From Bryobacter sp. (lineage in GTDB: Bacteria; Acidobacteriota; Terriglobia; Bryobacterales; Bryobacteraceae): a stretch of DNA of 59,072 nucleotides. A program made the translations under genes and the position numbers. How positions within the stretch are numbered: the first letter of the stretch is position 1; each line of letters opens with the position of its first letter. The notes below the pieces were generated by a model. The model did not search any database. It was not told the DNA's origin and saw only the letters and a list, made by a program, of their open reading frames with translations. Positions 56,892-59,072 of the stretch are shown here, piece after piece. The DNA lies in NCBI GenBank assembly GCA_044376335.1, contig JBIPMY010000001.1, positions 1 through 59,072 of the forward strand, written 5' to 3'.

Positions 56892-57884
56892 ATGAAGATT
56901 CTCATTTGTGGCGGAGCGGGCTTTATTGGAAGCCACGTGGCGAAAGCAATTCGCCTGGCAGGCCATGTGCCAGTGGTGTTTGACAACATGTCAGCAGGAC
57001 ACCAGTGGGCTGTGCGGTGGGGAGATTTAGTTCGGGGTGATTTGCTTGATCGGGCAGCAATTGAAGCGGCGTTGCGGGAACACAAAATTGAAGCGGTAGT
57101 GCAGCTGGCCGGGTCTATCAACGTGGGCGAGAGTATGAAGGATCCGGGCAAGTACTTCCGGAACAACTTCTCGATCACCGTAAATTTACTCGAAGCCATG
57201 GATGCTGTGGGGGTAAAACAGCTTGTCTTCAGCTCGACGGCTGCCGTGTACGGAATCCCGGAAACAAGTCCGATTCCAGAGGATGCGGCCAAGGCTCCGA
57301 TCAATCCTTATGGTGAGGCCAAATACTTTGTGGAGCGGTTGCTCGACTGGTATACAAAGGCTAGAGGCTTTCGTTGTCTGGCGCTTCGGTACTTCAATGC
57401 CGCAGGAGCTGACCCGGATGGTGAAATTGGTGAGATGCACAGCCCGGAAACGCATCTGATTCCACTGGTGATTTATGGTGCGCTCGGAACGCGGCCGCCG
57501 GTGAAGGTTTTCGGAACCGATTACCCAACCGCAGACGGCACCGCGGTGAGAGACTACATTCACGTAAGCGACCTTGCGCGGGCTCACGCTTTGGGCGTGG
57601 AATATCTCAATGCTGGCGGGCAGAGTGCAGCACTGAATCTGGGCTCAGGCGAGGGCATCAGTGTTATGGATGTGCTCAAAGCAGTTGAAAAAGTAAGTGG
57701 CAAGCCGGTACCTCATGAGCTCTTTGAGCGGCGAGCAGGGGACCCGCCGCACCTGGTGGCAAAATCCGATTTGGCCCGGCAGGTATTGGGCTGGAAGCCC
57801 GAGAGATCCGACATCGAAACGATTGTCAGAGATGCCTGGGGCTGGAGTGAGAAGGCTATTGGTGAGGGGCTTTACTCCGAATAG
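56892..57884 (+). CDS. galE: UDP-glucose 4-epimerase
   Basis: GGAGFIGSH, VGES, FSSTAAVYG, PYG.AK, LRYFNAAGA, ETHLIP, DGT.VRDYIHV.DL. Confidence 0.96.
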   Translation: MKILICGGAGFIGSHVAKAIRLAGHVPVVFDNMSAGHQWAVRWGDLVRGDLLDRAAIEAALREHKIEAVVQLAGSINVGESMKDPGKYFRNNFSITVNLLEAMDAVGVKQLVFSSTAAVYGIPETSPIPEDAAKAPINPYGEAKYFVERLLDWYTKARGFRCLALRYFNAAGADPDGEIGEMHSPETHLIPLVIYGALGTRPPVKVFGTDYPTADGTAVRDYIHVSDLARAHALGVEYLNAGGQSAALNLGSGEGISVMDVLKAVEKVSGKPVPHELFERRAGDPPHLVAKSDLARQVLGWKPERSDIETIVRDAWGWSEKAIGEGLYSE

Positions 57885-57909
57885 GAATCTGTGATGGAGT
57901 TAAGGCGTT

Positions 57910-59072
57910 ATGAACAGACGCGACGCCATCTCCACCACGATTGCTGCTGCGGCAGCACCACTTTTTGTCCCTCAAAGTGCATTTGGGGCAAATGACCGCA
58001 TCGCCTATGGAGTGATTGCCGTAGGTGGGCGCGGTCGCTATCTGAATCAAAAATTCAGTGCCTTGGGAAACCAGTGTGTAGCGGTTTGCGATGTTTACAA
58101 GCCCCACATCGAGAGGGCGCTAAAGGATGCGCCGCAGGCCAAGGTATTTGGCGATTACGAAGAGTTGCTGGCCATGAAGGGCCTCGATGCAGTAGTGATC
58201 GCCTCGCCCGACCATCACCATTGCCCGATGCTGCTCGCCTCACTCAAGGCCGGCAAAGATACATATCTCGAAAAACCGGTATCGAAGTCGCTTGAGGAAT
58301 CCAAGCGCATCATTGCTGCCGTACGCGGTAGCGACCGCATCGTACAGGTAGGAATGCAGCGGCGAAGCGCGCCTGCGATTTTTAAAGCTAAAAAGTTGCT
58401 GGACGAAGGGGCACTGGGGAGAATTTCTCTCGTGAGGCCGCAGTGGTTCTGGAATATCGCAAAGCCGCTGAACAATACGCCGCTTGAAGGTGAGATTGAC
58501 TGGAAGCGCTTTGTGGGTTCAGCCTATGCAAGACCGCTTGAGCCGATGCGCTTTCGGAGTTGGCGGTACTTCTTCGACTACGCCGGCGGCAACATGACCG
58601 ATCAGGGTACGCATCTGATGGACGTCGTGCAGTGGTTTATGGGTGTGACAGGGCCAAAGAATGCGGTGAGCCAGGGATTTGTGGCCAAGATGACGGGAGC
58701 TGAGCACCCGGATGTATTCAGTGCAACCTTCGGTTACGACGGCTTCCTGGTGAACTGGACGCTCGACTACGGCAACGCCTATCAGAACGGCTGGTCGATC
58801 GCCTTCCATGGCGACAAGGGTACGATGATCCTTGACGACAACGGCTTCCGGCTCTTTGCCGAGCCCTGGAAGAAAGGCGCTGCGCCGGCCATCGAAGAAG
58901 AATCGCCCGTGCCGATAGAAGCGCACATACAGAACTTCACAGACTGCATGCGGACGCGCAAGCAGCCCAACTGCCCGGTAGAAATCGCAGCTCAAGCGGT
59001 GAGCGGCCCACATCTGGCGAACCTTGCGATGTTTCGCGAACGCAAGGTTTATCTTGCCGAAGACGGGGTAAC
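57910..59072 (+). CDS. Tat-exported Gfo/Idh/MocA oxidoreductase, 3' partial (missing from the ORF track)
   Basis: MNRRDAI..., GANDRI..G.I.VGGRG, ASPDHHH, GKD.YLEKP, QVGMQRRS, D.G.H..D; open to the window end. Confidence 0.9.
   Translation, partial: MNRRDAISTTIAAAAAPLFVPQSAFGANDRIAYGVIAVGGRGRYLNQKFSALGNQCVAVCDVYKPHIERALKDAPQAKVFGDYEELLAMKGLDAVVIASPDHHHCPMLLASLKAGKDTYLEKPVSKSLEESKRIIAAVRGSDRIVQVGMQRRSAPAIFKAKKLLDEGALGRISLVRPQWFWNIAKPLNNTPLEGEIDWKRFVGSAYARPLEPMRFRSWRYFFDYAGGNMTDQGTHLMDVVQWFMGVTGPKNAVSQGFVAKMTGAEHPDVFSATFGYDGFLVNWTLDYGNAYQNGWSIAFHGDKGTMILDDNGFRLFAEPWKKGAAPAIEEESPVPIEAHIQNFTDCMRTRKQPNCPVEIAAQAVSGPHLANLAMFRERKVYLAEDGV

Overview
About 59 kb of gene-dense bacterial chromosome. The gene content (PEP-CTERM proteins, a DUF1549/DUF1553 + DUF1501 pair, Tat-exported Gfo/Idh/MocA and amidohydrolases, DUF6526) suggests Acidobacteriota, possibly Bryobacteraceae-like; this is inference. 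Housekeeping content: purMN, ilvA, queD, a ferredoxin, ppk2, an acyl-CoA ligase, asparaginase, rlpA, a methylmalonyl-CoA mutase catalytic subunit, galE, and a partial, re-ordered complex I operon (nuoC-D-I-J-K-L-M-N-H, without A, B, E, F, G). Accessory content: toxin-antitoxin genes at the left edge, a decayed vapBC relic near 42 kb, a BlaI/M56 pair, a His/Glu-loop TonB receptor, and the start of an EPS locus. I found no rRNA, tRNA, CRISPR array, integrase or transposase. The observations most worth following up: (1) a Get3d-like ArsA/alpha-crystallin ATPase with a small Cys-rich partner ending in an IXI-like motif; (2) an operon of three secreted amidohydrolases in which only the middle one keeps metal ligands; (3) the headless nuo operon; (4) a G/C strand-skew reversal that ignores gene direction, with an uncharacterised gene and repeats at its C-rich end; (5) a recurrent TANNNT-N6/7-start pattern suggesting leaderless mRNAs. 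All family calls come from motif recognition by eye; no searches were run.
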